From the NCBI GenBank assembly GCA_963575745.1, contig CAUYUJ010000157.1, positions 62,001 to 117,449 of the forward strand: a stretch of 55,449 bases of DNA, given 5' to 3'. Positions 12,920 through 25,706 of this stretch are shown here, piece by piece. Every line of letters begins with the position of its first letter. Positions within the stretch are counted from its first letter, which is position 1. The stretch is from Prorocentrum cordatum. Taxonomy: Eukaryota. A program made the position numbers and the translations under genes. The notes under the pieces were generated by a model that was given only the letters and a program-made list of their open reading frames with translations, made no database searches and was not told the origin of the DNA.

Positions 12920-13058
12920 CCACATGGACATAAACTTTTGGCGCTCCGCGCGGATTTCTCGGATCCGCGCCGGATCCCCCTCCCTGGCCCGCCAGGGGGG
13001 GGCCCAGCGCGGATCCAAGAAATCCGCGCGGAGCGCCAAAAATCCATGTTCATGTGGT
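12920..13058. repeat. Long imperfect palindrome; related copies at ~15055-15215 and ~55154-55266
   Basis: TTTTGGCGCTCCGCGCGGATTTCTCGGATCCGCGC...GCGCGGATCCAAGAAATCCGCGCGGAGCGCCAAAA; the shared arm is GCGCGGATTTCTTGGATCGGCGCTG. Confidence 0.75.
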
Positions 13059-14336
13059 TTTTTCTTCTCTGACTCGTGGGCGCCTCGTGTGCTGACTGGC
13101 GTTAGGTCGGGCGTGTCCACCTACAGGCGGAGTTTTGGCGACAAATTGAAAATACTTTTTTAAAAATAGCCCCAACGAGTCAACAAAAATAATCAAAAAA
13201 TCGTCCCTTGACTATTTTTTGCACTTTTTGAATTTGCCTCCTCAAGACCTGGAGGAAGACCTCAAGATCTGCGTGACGATCCGGGAGGAGATCTGGGTGA
13301 AGATCTGCGGGGAGATCAAGGGAAACATCTGGGGGGAAAATCTGGGTGAAGATCTGGAGTTTGGAAGACAATCTGGAAACAAATCTGGGGGAAGATAACC
13401 GTGACCATCTTTTAAGCCAGGTTTTCGAGTATCACTCGCACGATGACGGCAGGGCACCAAAGAAAACAATCAATTCTAAACACATGATCTTAGAGTGGGT
13501 CCGCGAGACTGAGTCCGGGCATGCCGTCCTTATTTTTGAACTCCCCAAGTACAGGAATCCGTATTTTTTGTTCGTTTTTTTCAGTTTTTTATTTTTTGCT
13601 GTTTTGTTTCATGTTTTGTTTGTTTCTTCTTTTTTTCACTGCCCCCCCTCTCGCTGTACTAAAATTGTGGGGTGGGGGGAAATGTGCCATTTTTCGTTCG
13701 TATTAAAATGCAATGCGACATCTCCTTCCCCTGAGGCCCCCCTCATAGAAAAGGAAAATCGATCTGCACTTTTTAGGGGGAAAACGAACCTACCTCGCTT
13801 TTGACCACCCTCGCTTCCAAGAGATACCAAGCGATGCCAAACTACGGCCTGTAGTGGTCAGGTCGCTCGACGAGGAGGCGCGTGGTATGACTTGGTTTTT
13901 CCTGGAAGCGAAAGCGGGGTAGGTAATTCACGCTCTGACTTTTGTAATTTACCTCAGGGGGACACGCCCCACTCGACGCTGCTGGGCTTGCGGGGCGGTG
14001 CCGGCTCGTGGGCTCCCCGTGGGCGCCTCGTGCTGGGGCTGGAGGAGTTGGAGGAGGAGGAGGAGGAGGAGGAGGAGGAGGAGATGGAGGAAAATGGAGG
14101 AGGAGGAGGAGGAGGAGGAGGAGGAGGAGGAGGAGGAGGAGGAGGATGGAGGAGGAGGAGGAGGAGGAGGAGGAGGAGGAGGAGGAGGAGGAGGCCCCCG
14201 AGGCCGCCCCGCGGGGCTGGCGCTCTGCGGGGCTTTCGCCGCCGGGTGCCAGCCCGCGGGCGCCGCGCGGGCGCCCCATCGTGCGCGGGCGGGCCCTGCC
14301 GGAGGCACGCGCAGGCTGCACCGCGCGGTGCGAGCT

Positions 14337-14507
14337 TTGGGTCGGGCACGTCCCCCTATCCAGGGGGATTTTGGGCGAAGGAATTATAAAGATACCCCAG
14401 GCATATCAACAAGTTAGTTGTCAAAAAGGCTGCTAGAAAAAGGGTCCCCAGACTATGCTTGGACCATTTTTGGGTATTCCTCCTGTAGAGGGACACGCCC
14501 GACGTAA
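14337..14507 (+). mobile_element. Diverged solo copy of the 160-bp MITE; another partial copy starts at 13102
   Basis: GTCGGGCACGTCCCCCT...GTCCCCAGACTATG...CCTGTAGAGGGACACGCCCGAC; no clear TSD. Confidence 0.7.
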
Positions 14508-15956
14508 AGGTTGCACCACGTGGCTGCAACCACGCAGACTGCCTGGCAGCCGCGCAGGCTGCACCGCACGGGTGGCAAAAAGCAGGCCGCAGCACGCAGG
14601 CTGGTTGCACATCGAACTGGCTGCGCCACTCACAGTGAGTGAGGTTGCCACGCGCAGTGAGGCTGCACCATGCACAGACTGCCGCAGAAACGTCGCACTC
14701 CTGGAATGCAAGCAGTCCGTGCTCGCGGCCCCGTGTCGGGATCCACACAAAAATGGGGTGACCCTGAGAGGGGGGCATGAGTCCGATCCTTTGGTGCACC
14801 GATCACTGTCGCGAACAGATGCCCTCGCATGCCCCACCTTATCGGCAACTATCGGGAGCTGCCGGCGGCTGGGGGGGCATCTGTTTTGGGCGGTGCGGTG
14901 CAAACACCGATCGAACTCACACACACCCCGGGGCCCCCACCATTTGCGGGATCCCGACCTTGTGGATGCTGATAAGACTTGGGAAAAGCGCGGGCGGCCA
15001 GGGTTCCCAGGTCCCCAGGCTCCCAGTACGCAGGAAGAACAACGGCAAATACAGAAACTTGTTAAGTTCTGCGCGGATTTCTTGAATCGGCGCTGAACCC
15101 CACTTCCTGGCGCGCTCCGCGCGCCAGGGGCGGCGCGCGCCAAAGGCGGCGCTGGAGGCGCCGCCGGTGGGGCCCAGCGCCGAACCAAGAAACCCGCGCG
15201 GAGCTGACCAAGTTTATGTACATGCCGTTGTTCCCCAATCAGTGCTTGCACTTAAGGGGTCCCAGCGGAAGTTGAGAGATTTGGCGAAAGTCTCCCGCCG
15301 ATTTTGGTAGCAGGCTGGGTTCCCGGGTTCCCGATTCCCGGGTTCCCGGTTATTAGTTCCTGGCCGATTAATTCGGTGGGTTCTGGGTTCCCAGGCTCCC
15401 GGGTTCCCGGTCGATCTCCTTAGCGAAAACCATCCAATGATTGGGGTTTTCTCTGGTGTAAGATCTTCTTCAGCAGTAGCTGGGTCTTGCTGAAAGTGCC
15501 CCGCAGATTTCGATGGGCGGCCATGCTCCCTGGTTCCCATCAGCTCTCGGTGCAGGCCCGTGGCGTGGGCCAGACGACGAGGAGGACTAGAACGGGGGGG
15601 GGATGGGGAAGAGGGGGACAAGGGGGATGAGGAGGGGAGGGGGGAAGGGAAACGAGGCGGAGGCGGAGGCGGAGGAGGAGGACAATGACGATAATAATGA
15701 CGATGATGTTGGCGATGATGATGGTGATGGTGGTGACGATGATAGCGAGGAAGCGCCCCCCAGTGTGCTGTTCCCCAGGCGGAGAAGGAGGAAGAGGAGG
15801 AGGGAGGATGGAGTTGGAAGAGGAGGGAGGGGAGAGAGAGGGAGAGAGGTAGGGAGGGGAGGGGAGGAGAGGGGAGAGGAGGACGACGAGGAGGACGAGG
15901 GGTGGGGGGAGGGGAGAGGGCGGGGAGCGGCAGCAGCAGAGCAGCCCGCGGCGCGC

Positions 15957-16065
15957 CGAGCTCGGTGTACATGCCGGCGTGCGCGCGCTCCTGGGACAGG
16001 CCGGCGTCGAGCAGGCTGATCAGCTCCTCGAAGTAGCCGTGCTGCTCGTAGTGCGCGATCAGCTC
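15957..16065 (-). CDS. CHC: Clathrin heavy chain exon (109 nt): [36 protein letters not shown] + G
   Basis: Matches [36 protein letters not shown]. AG acceptor 16067-16066; GC donor 15956-15955. Confidence 0.95.
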
Positions 16066-16669
16066 CTGAGCTGGTGCCAGGCAGCGGGCGGGCCGGGAGC
16101 CCATGGGTGCGGTGCCAGGGGGGGGCAGGGCGCAGACGGATCGGGAGGAGGAGAAGGGGGAGCAAGGAGGGAGGGAGAGAGGGAGGGGGGGGTGGGGGGA
16201 GGGAAGAGGGGGGGGTCAGGAGGAGATGAACGACGACGACGAGGAGGAGGACGACGACGTGGACGAGGACGACGACGGAGGAAGAGTAGGAGGAGGAGGA
16301 GGAGGAGGACGAGTAGGAAGATAAGGAGGAGCGATCGGGGCCCCTGCCGAATGCTGCGCGCCTAGAGGCGCGCCATCGGGGCCAGCGCTGCAACAGAGCG
16401 CCCAGCGCGCCCATCGCAATCGGGGTTAACTCCCCGCTCAGATGACTAGTCGTGCGTTTGCGGGCACCGTCTTCTGCGCTGGAGGCGCACGCGGGCTAGA
16501 ATGCACTAGAATCCTTCTTCGTTTGCTCCTCCTCCTCCTCCTCCTCCTTCTCCTCCTCCTCCTCCTCCTCCTCCTCCTCCTCCTCCTCCTCCTCCATCCC
16601 CTTCTTGCCCCTACTCCTCCTCGTCGTCGTCGTCCGTCCGTCCGTCCGTCCGTCCGTCCGTCAGTCCGT

Positions 16670-16702
<33 letters not shown>

Positions 16703-19700
16703 CTTCTCCTCCTACTCCTCCTCCTCCACCTCCTCCTCCTGCTGAAAGAAGAAAAGGAGAGGACAGAGGCAGGCCAGAAAGCAAAAGCAGGGGGGGAGAA
16801 CCAGTCCTCGCGCCCCTCTGCCGACCACCAAACAGCGCTGCTGGGGGGGGAGGGGAGGAGAGGCGAAGGAAGAGGAGCAGGACGAGAGGGGGCTTCGTCG
16901 CTGGGCCCGCCGACCCTGCCGGGCACGCAGGCCAGCGGCACCTCCTCCTCCTCCTCCTCCTCCTCCTCCTCCTCCTCCTCCTTATCGTCGTGATCCTACT
17001 GCAGTTGCTCCCCGTTCTGCAGTTGTCCATTATTATTATCCTCCTCCTTTTTTGGCAGCAACGCACATGCCCCTGAAATGTTTGACCTGTCCTCATCTGC
17101 CAGAGGCGCACTGGCTGGGCAGGTTGAACTGCCTGTAAACTATAACAATGGGATGACTTCGTCAATGTCAACAGACACACCCTCCTTATCAGGGTGCAGG
17201 CCTCTGCGGAGACGGCGCATGTTCTTCACGCCCGTCTTCGTCGACGGCACGGATTTGCGGCCTAGGCCTAGGACTTGTCCACCATTGCTATAAAACTTGC
17301 ACGACATGCACAAGAACAGGTGGCCACCGTCACTGCAAGGGAAAACAGTGACTCGGTGGCCCAAGTCTCTCCAACGGTCCCTGGTCCAAACGAGACTGTC
17401 CAGGGCACGAGTTTCCAAGAGGCTTGGACAACGCCCTCGACCCACGGAGACGCACGCGGCAGCGCCAGCACGAGCCATGTTGGGGCCAGTCGTGGACGAG
17501 CTCTAAAACAGGAGTCACAGAGGCTGGCAACGGCGGGAAACGCTTCAATCCTCTGAACTCAAGTTCCGGCCAAAGTGGCAAGAGCTCTGCACCCGCAAGC
17601 AAGACCGCTCGCGATACTTTGACCTGATGATTCAAAATTTCGTGCTCTGAAGTCTGAAGGAGGCACATCAGGGCGCATAATTACCAGCTCCCTCTTTAGC
17701 AAACACATCAGCATAACAGTTCCCTTTGCGCAGAAACCTTTCACGCTCCGAGATACCCTCTTCGTGGAGGTCTCTGTGGGCGTCAACCTTGGAGATCGAC
17801 TCAAGGTTGGTCCAAACAAATTCTCGCCTGGATGATCTGTCCTGCGTGCTGTCGCTTGGCGCTGATCCCATCGGCAGGACCTAGATTCATCAAATGAACT
17901 ACACATTAGCACAATCAGAATAACAGTGGGCGGGGCCTTCTGTCTGAACAGAGGTCCAAGCAAAGGCCCAAAACTCAGCTCCTCGGGGGTCTGAGGCCAC
18001 GGAGCCCACAGAGGACCTTTGAACCCCCCGAGGCGCTCGCGCGACCTAGAGACCATCACCGCGGCCCAACCAGCCCGAGATAACTCGCGAACAAAGTGCC
18101 TGCGACACGAGCCGCCCATAGAAAAAGGCGCCCCCAGAGCCCAGTAGAAGGAGGGATGGAAGGGGGCAGCAGCAGGATTGGCAGGGTCGGGAAGGGCGCC
18201 CGCGAACCATTCCAAACTCGCACCACCATCAGCGAGCGTCGGAGGGGCGTAGTCTCCAGCACAGCATCTCTGACATCCTGCGCGCAGGGGCACGCGTACA
18301 GCCTGTGGAACAAGGAGTCGCGGGCCGCGCCCCACAACCCGCACCGGTCGCTAAACTCGTAGCCTGCCGCCGCGACGTCGCTCGCAGTCCAGCGCGCCTT
18401 GGTGGCCCGAGCTCGAACCCAACCTTCCGTTTGTCCCGATGCCTTCCTGGAAGACAGGGGCTGACCACGCCCCAGCAAAGTCTGGAAGCACAGCCGCACT
18501 TGCCCCCCTTTCCAGACCCCTCAAAACCGCTTCCTTGCAGGACAGCTTGACCAGCTTAGGGGGCGAAAGGGCGAGGGAAATCCCACGGCCAAAACCATCG
18601 GTAATAGTGCGCAAATTCGGCATGTTCCAGCCAAGCCTGTAGAGAGACATCCTAAGCGCAGGGATCGGCCCCGAGACAGAGGACCAATAATGTCTATCCG
18701 AGGAAAAAAACGTTTGCCATCCTTCTCTAAGCTCCGCCCAGCTAATGGTCCAAGGGGAAGCCTGGGCGCGCTGGGCCCCAGCCTCTTTGGCCAACCGAAT
18801 GATGGGGGCACAGCTACCGCGCCACGTGGGATCATCCGGGAGCAGACACAAGACACTGAGCGATCTCCACTGGGCTCTAGGCTTCACCGTGGACATGCCC
18901 ATACGCCTGAGGTCTAGCAGCTCTCGGTCCGAGACCCCGTGCAAATCAGAGCCATGGGCGGCCCCAGCAAGGGGCCCAGCGGCGAAAATACGTAAGCACT
19001 TGCGCCCCAGGGCCGCGGCGAGGCCCTCCAGGCGCTTGGTTTTCCACAGAGCCGCCGCAGCTCGAGCCCTCAACTCAGCAGATCGGCATTTGCCTCTCAG
19101 CGGTCTGCCCGAAGTAAAATCCGAGCCAAGGTTGGTCACCCGAGAGCAAGCTGGGCCGACAAGGGGGCCTGGCTCTTGTGTCAAACGCGTTGAAAAATCA
19201 AGAGAATTACAGACCAGGCCAACTTTGTCCACCGCCAGCTTGCACTCGGGCGTGCTCGCGATGACTCGGTGAAGCGCCTTGGCTCCGGCAGTGGGAGTAG
19301 CTGCGACCACCTTGGCTGGTCCAGCGCAGCTAAGGCCAAGGTCCTCCACGCGAGCGTCGAAGTCGGCACTCTTGCCAGGGGCCCTTGGGATAAGGCCTCC
19401 ATCGCAAACGCACGGATCATACTAGTCGCAAGTGAGCATCCACCCAGCCACCAGGCCCTGGGCCACGAAAAAACGGCCCGGGGCGACGCCCCCCAACGCA
19501 AAGAACCCGGCACAAGGGTACGCCAGAATGGCCAAGCGTGCCAGCTGGAGCGGAACACGATGCTTCTGCCACTGGTGCCAGAGAAACCTCAGGTCGATAT
19601 GCTCATAGCACTTCCGAAGATCAAAAAAAATGGCAGCCGAGGTGTCTCCTCGCCTGGTCCCCGCTTCAGCTATGGAGGCTTGCCTCCAAACAACGTCCCC

Positions 19701-22700
19701 CGCCCCCGTGCAGGCCCCCGAGGCCCAGTCTCTGCGGGAGTGATTCAGCTCCCACAGCAGCGCTTAATGCCCACGGGCACGACCCCAAACGCGGCAGAGG
19801 AAGGGGAAAACTCCCATCGGTCGGAATTCCCCCGTCGGATTGGCCAGAAGGGCCATGAGGGCCCAAGACAGCTGACGGGGGAGGGGCCCAGTGGCCCCCC
19901 GCGCAGCGAATCACAACGCAAGAGCCCTCAGAGCCTCATTGGGGAGTAAGCTGAAGTGGCGGCAATGAAAACCATCGACACTGACCGCAGAGCCAGGCCG
20001 ATACTTCTTAGAGACAGCTCGAATCTCAACAGGCCCCAAAACACGGGCATGCGGCAGAAGGTCGTGTCCAACTCCATCCCCCGAGCCCGAGCCCCAAATG
20101 GCAGCGAACTTGTCGCCCTCAGCCCGAAGCAACGAGACGGGGTCGCAAACGGTGGTCCCACAACGAGACAAAGTGGTAGTAGGCTTCCATGGCTCTGGGT
20201 CCCTGATAGCTTTCTGCACGTTGCGACCTCCAGCATAGATGCCCTGTCTCACCCACTCGTGCCACTCTTTCAGCGACTCCGTCGCTGAGGTGGCCTCGGC
20301 AGTGGAGGGCGGGCGCAACTTGAGCGACTCATCCTGCAAGGTCGATTCAGAGAGGTTGCACCTAACAGCTCGCAACCGGTTGCACAACCACTGAACGGCG
20401 CGCAAGGCAGGTTGCTTCTCTCTACCCGCGGGTTTCAGGACAGACTTGTAAACTTGAGGCCGCTTGCCCCTCATCCTCAGAATTTTGAAATCGGATCCCA
20501 GGGCCAGCGCCAAATCCCTCTCCGCAGAATCCGCCCAAACCTTGTAACCAGGATTGAGGCGTCTGCGCGCTTTAATCCCATCCCCGGCTCCCACCACCCC
20601 AAAAGCTTCTTCGGCCAAGCTAGGGGCGGCGTCCCAGGGGCCAGGCCGAGGGGCAGGGCCAGAAGGCGCCAATGCAGGCAACGAATGGGGGCTGGCGGAA
20701 GGCGAGGGCCCTGAGATCTCCGAGGGAGCTACGAAAGCGGATCGACACAGGACGGCGAGGGGCGAGGCTCATGTCATCTTCAACTCCGACAAGTTTCAAG
20801 CAGAGGCTCAAGGCCTCGGAAACGACAAAATAGCCAAATCGATCAGGAGCCCCCTACTAGGGAAGTGCGCGTGCCCCTCAGGAACCACCAGCGAGGCTCT
20901 GAGACGACTGGCAAAGCTAGAGGACTCCACGACCTCAGGGCCCATGTTCCAACCAGCTCCTGCAGTGACCTCGCAGCCTGAAGAATCCCAAAACTCCCCC
21001 ACAACCCGTAAAATCTCGATGTTAGAATCGGAGAGGCCTTCGCTGTGGACGGGGTAGAGGCTGCATATGCACATCGGGACGCAACCTGGCACGTGCACCA
21101 TGGTCGCCACAGCTCTGCCAGCACATAAAGTAACGCGATCCCCCGCTTCAAAAAAGCCGAGGCCATCGCGAACACAAACGCATGCTCCTGAAGAAACACC
21201 TCCTCCTTCCCCAGTTACTCCAAGAGCCCGCGAGGTTTTCCAGCCCAGGAACTTGGATGGTTTCCTGGCTTGGTCAAGTGCCCCAGAATCCGGCAGCCGA
21301 TGCTCCTGCGCGATGGCCACGTGGGCCTGCGAGGTGGCGAGGTAATATTTCAGGGTGTCCCATGACATGGCGTTGACAGTGGTGACCAAATGCCCCTCGT
21401 CAAGCCTGGTCGCGCAGTCAGTGGCCGCGCCCTGGGCAGCCGGGGTTCGAGCTGAGGTCGCTGGCAGACCTTCATGGGAACGCATGCGAGACCGGGCCCT
21501 TGCCGAGCTCGCACCAGAAAAAAAAAGGCATCGGATTGCGGCAAGCGCGCGACTGGCTGCTCCACCATCGGGGTCTCACCAGTCTCCACACCGCGCGGCT
21601 CCCCGACCGCGCCAGGCAGAGGCAAAGAGGAGATGCGAGAGGCTCCTAGGCTATCTGGGGGCGCCCGAATTACACAAGGCAAAAGAAAGGCTTCAAAAGA
21701 AATTCCGACCGCAGCATGGCCGAAGGTACCCTTGAAGCGCCTAAAGAACCGAATCCCTGAGGCCTGAGACCTGGAGCCAATCGCAGACACTCTCGGGGCT
21801 TAAAAAATGAAAAAGTTCCCAGGAGGGCTTCAAGCCTGGATCCACACTCTCAGATACTTGCCCCCTGTCACGCGCACGCGACTGTGGCAGGGGGCGAAGA
21901 TTCCTCGAGAGTCTGGTCAACCCTGGCTCGAATGTCCCCAGAGGCGGCAGCGTCCTCGGCTGCCGAGGCCGACAGCGCAGAAACAGAGGCACCTTCAGAA
22001 GCCGCCCCAGGTTCAGCAGGAGCCGCGCCAGCAACCTCACCTGCACCAGCTCCACCTGCAGCAGCTGCTCCTTCAGCGACCTTACGCTTCTTGGCAGCAA
22101 GCCGAATCCGATGTGCTTCATGCTGGCCTCGAAGTTTTTTGGCATGGTCCGCCACCTGCGCAAACAAGTCCCTCGCCAGCTTCGTGACTCCTGAAGACAG
22201 TTCCTCCCTGCGCCGCTGGAACTGATCCACGTCGCTCGCCTCGATCTCGGCCTCCACTAAAATATCATCCAGTATGTGACTGCAGTCAATGAACTTGGAG
22301 AGGTCCACCGAGCCAGCAACCAGATCCTCAAGCTTGAATGAACCGACCGTGGCCTGAGGTCCCCCCCCCAGACTTGTGCGAGCCCTGCAATGCAGCGAGC
22401 GAGGCCTTGTAGTCAGCGTCCGCCTGGTCGACTTGGTCTCGAACCGTGCGCAGTGTGGGCTCTTCCTGTCCAAGCTGTCCACGTAAGCGCGCCACCTTAC
22501 TGAGAGTCTGTTCCATCTGCTTCTTGAACCGCCGAACGTTAGAATGAGTCTGCTGCATGCGGGCGTGATCCGAAATAACGACAGGCTTTGCGGTCGCCTC
22601 AAGATGACGCGCCATGTTCAGGTACTTGGTAGCCGCTCCATGGTCCCCCGCTTTTTGGAGCGACTCGACCAGAGACTTGGCCTCTGAGGCGGAGATGGAC

Positions 22701-23296
22701 GGCACTGGTCCCACAGGAAGTGGCGGGGCACCTCCCCCAGAAGCATCTCCCCGCTGTGCATCATCATGACGAGCCAGCGCATCCGACATGGAGGGATCTC
22801 CTCCGAAATATCATTTACCTTTGCCTTTGCCGTTGCCAAGAACACCACCTTTGCTGTTGCCACCGAACGAGCCCTTGTTGCCCACGCCCTTGGGGCCGAA
22901 GCCGTTCCCGTACCAGTAGCCAGGAGGACCAGTGAGCGCCCAGCGCCCATGGACAACATGGCCAGCAGCAGGAGGCAAAGACGGTAGGAGCACAGGCACA
23001 GTTCTTGCAGTACTCGGCGCTGGTACTGTTCTTCTTGCAACCGCAGCTGGGGCACACCATGCCCTTTGGCCCACCACGACGACTGCCTTTTGCCTTTTGT
23101 GACCCATGGCTCCTCAGCTCCTTGCGACTTGATCCAAGGCGCGAGCGAGAAAGAATGGGAAGGTGCCATCGCACTGCAAAAGTAAAGCGGTGAAAGAGAG
23201 AGTTCCTTAAACGGGACGTCTTGAGATATGAGCCAGGCGGGCGGACGCCTGGGAAAGCATTGGGGGCCGAAAATCCCCCTTGCCACAATGCCAAGC

Positions 23297-23316
23297 CCTG
23301 AGCGAAACACTACGGA
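23297..23316 (-). other. Second, decayed SL-like copy directly in tandem
   Basis: TCCGTAGTGTTTCGCTCAGG follows the first SL with no spacer; it keeps the TCCGTAG start and a GCTCAxG end. Confidence 0.6.
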
Positions 23317-23338
23317 CTTGAGCCAACATGGCTACGGA
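23317..23338 (-). other. Near-perfect full-length DinoSL at the 5' end of element B
   Basis: Minus strand TCCGTAGCCATGTTGGCTCAAG is a 21/22 match to TCCGTAGCCATTTTGGCTCAAG; preceded by a (GAG)n array. Confidence 0.93.
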
Positions 23339-23689
23339 GTTCTTCTCCTCCTCCTCCTCCTCCTCGTCCTCCTCCTCCTTCTCATCCTCCTCCTCCTCCG
23401 CCTCCTCCTCCTCCTCCTCCCCTGCCCTTCCTCCTTCTCCTCCTCCTCCGCCTCGTCGGCCTCCGCCTCCGCCTCCTCCTCCTCCTTTTCCTCCTCCTCT
23501 TCCACTTCCTCCTCCTCCTCCTCCTCCTCTTCCTCCTCCTCCATTCCCTTACAAAGAAATATTTCCTGTCGCACCCTGAGGCCTGTCGAAAGGGCGGTCC
23601 GGGCGTTTCGCCTGACACTTCCTCACCACCTATGACCCTGAAGCTTAAACATTGGCAACAGTTTCAGACATGGAGGGCAGGTCGTTTTC

Positions 23690-24170
23690 AACATGCGGTT
23701 CTCGACTTAGCACTGCACACATTCTCTTTGAACATTTGTAGAAATTTCACGGATTGAGGGTGGGTGGTTTTCTACATGTAGCTCTCGCCTTAGCGCCGAA
23801 GAGATTCGTTCAAACACTTTGCAAGGGTTTCACGGATTGAGGCCGAGTGGTTTTCTAAATGTGGCTCTCGCCTTAGCGCCGCGCACACTCATTGCAACAT
23901 ATTGCAAGGGTTTCACGGATTGAGGGCGAATGGTATTCAAAATGTGGATCTCGCCTTAGCGCCGAGCGCATTCGTTTCAAACAATTGCCAGTGCTGAGGG
24001 CGGGTGGTTTTCAAAATGTGGCTCTCACCCTAGCGCCGTGCGCATTCGTTTTGAAATTCACATGCGTTTTACGGATTGAGGGCGGTTCGTTTGCGAAATG
24101 TGGCTCTCGCCTTAGCGCCGCGCACATTCGTCTTGAACGCTGCAAGAGTTTCACGGATTCCCAGGGTCAA
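23690..24170. repeat. Minisatellite, ~83-bp unit, about 6 copies
   Basis: Recurrent TTTCACGGATTGAGG...AATGTGGCTCTCGCCTTAGCGCCG near 23786, 23869, 23952, 24030 and 24108. Confidence 0.85.
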
Positions 24171-25619
24171 CGCTCCAGAAATTGTGTTTGGACAGGTTCA
24201 AGATTATGAGGGTGCAACAATTACTAGTTACGCTGTTTCGCAGTGTTGAAATCCCAGGGGTGGCGTTTTAACGCGGTTCAGAATCGTCAAGGCGCAATAA
24301 TCAGGTTGATCCGTGGCGTTGGAGTCCCGAGAATAATGCTTTGGCATGCTTCACGGTCTTCGAACGGCTGTCTTCCAACGAGGCAGTTCCCACAGAGGAA
24401 ATGAACCCTTGCATGGGGGCTTGTGAAGAGGGAGCTTGGAGGGAGGGCTGACGCCAACATCGTTGATGTCTCTTGGGCTTACACTCCTCCTCCTCCTCCT
24501 CCTCCTCCTCCTCCTCGTCATCCTCCAGCGCCACCTCGGTCAGGGCGTGCCTGCGCGCCCGCGAGCCAGCACCAGGAGGCTGCCCTCGGCCTCTACCCCC
24601 CCCCTTCCTCCCGTTCCCTCCTCCGCCGCGGGACGGAGGCACCACCTTGGTGCCTCGTGGCCAGGCGCCCGCAGCGCCCTCGCGGCACGGCCGCCGAGCG
24701 GCGAGCCCAGGCGCAGCGGGCGTGTTGTGCAGCACCTGCTCTCCGGCTCCACCGAGCTGGCGAACCACCTCGGCTAGGCCGGCAGCCGGCCTAGCCGCCT
24801 CGGGGCTGCCCTGCAGGTGGCGCTGGCGCGGCCCCCGCCAATGGCTGCCACGGCCGCTGTTGCAAGCGGCGCTGAAGCCAGTCGCGGCCAGGGTGATGGC
24901 GGCGATCCTGAAGACGGGTATCACCGTCGAGGCGATTCTGAAAGTGATCGCCATGCTGCTGCGGGACCTGTTGCCCCTCCGGGCCCCCGTCGGGAAGCCC
25001 GTCCTGCTGCTGCTCCTACTCCCGCCCCCGCGCGTCTTTGCCAGGGCGCGGGCCAGGGCCAGGGCACGGACACGAGCAGCCAGCGCGCCCTGCAGCCCAA
25101 GATCCCCCGAGGCTCTCGCCGCCTGGCCTTTTGAGGCGGGGCGTCACGCCTCCCGTTGGGCAAGCGCCAGGCGCACGGGCGAGAGCAACGGCACGGGCCA
25201 CGGCAGGAGCTGTGCAGGGCCTGTCCGCTGAGCGGCTGGCGCTGGCCCGCCCCGCCGCCGCTGCCGCGGCCTGCGTGCCGTCAGTCGTCGCTGTCGTGTC
25301 TTCGTCGCGTGGTGCCCTCTTTTGGGGCCTGGCCCCCAAGAAGGGCCTCGCCACGTCTTGCGTCTTGAGCCTTCGTCATCGTCCCCTCCATCACTCCTCC
25401 TACAGTCGAGGCGTTGACCTAAGGAACCCTAAATCAGGAACGAAGCCCCTTGTTCCCATAAGTTAAACTTCGATTTCCCATTGAAGCCCTAAGCAAAACC
25501 CAAGGCGAACTACAAAACAACTAAGGAACACCGAGCCCCTCCCCAACGAAAAGGGTTCCTTCTTCAGTGCCCCGACTGTACCCCGCATCTCACTCCTCCT
25601 GGCCGTTGGCGGCGGGATC

Positions 25620-25706
25620 CTCCAGGTGGTCTGGGTGGACGATGATGTTCATGGCGGCGATCTCGGCGCAACGGAACTGCTCCGCGGAGACGCACGCGAT
25701 GTTGAC
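25620..25706 (-). CDS. CHC: Clathrin heavy chain exon (87 nt): VNIACVSAEQFRCAEIAAMNIIVHPDHLE
   Basis: Matches [29 protein letters not shown]. AG acceptor 25708-25707; non-canonical GA donor 25619-25618. Confidence 0.92.

Larger units (their letters stand above)
17048..23338 (-). mobile_element. Full-length but frameshifted LINE (element B, ~6.3 kb): ORF1 with Cys4 finger, then APE, RT and RNase H
   Basis: ORF1 has CPSCGCKKNSTSAEYCKNC, KGKGK and helical segments. APE: TTVNAMSW...IAQEHRL, GAGWN. RT: GSAVSVDGFH, LLANPTGEFRPMGVF, IFFDLRKCYEH, catalytic site decayed to RVED near 19340. RNase H: MGGSC...RAGWAAV...WPQTP, KVDAH...GNCYADVFAKEGA. Ends in A6 at 17053-17048 before GAG repeats. Confidence 0.9.

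Noticed and set aside
23297..23345. A genuine SL RNA gene, or a CRE/NeSL-style insertion into an SL RNA gene
   Set aside because: The SL is followed by LINE sequence rather than a GT-starting SL intron, the element's 3' flank is GAG repeat rather than the rest of an SL gene, and these elements encode APE rather than the restriction-like endonuclease of CRE/NeSL. Disfavoured, not formally excluded.
24473..25231. Protein-like stretch LLQAALKPVAARVMAAILKTGITVEAILKVIAMLL
   Set aside because: No recognisable family, no clear splice context, and no gap in the clathrin peptide that needs it; cannot be supported without a search.
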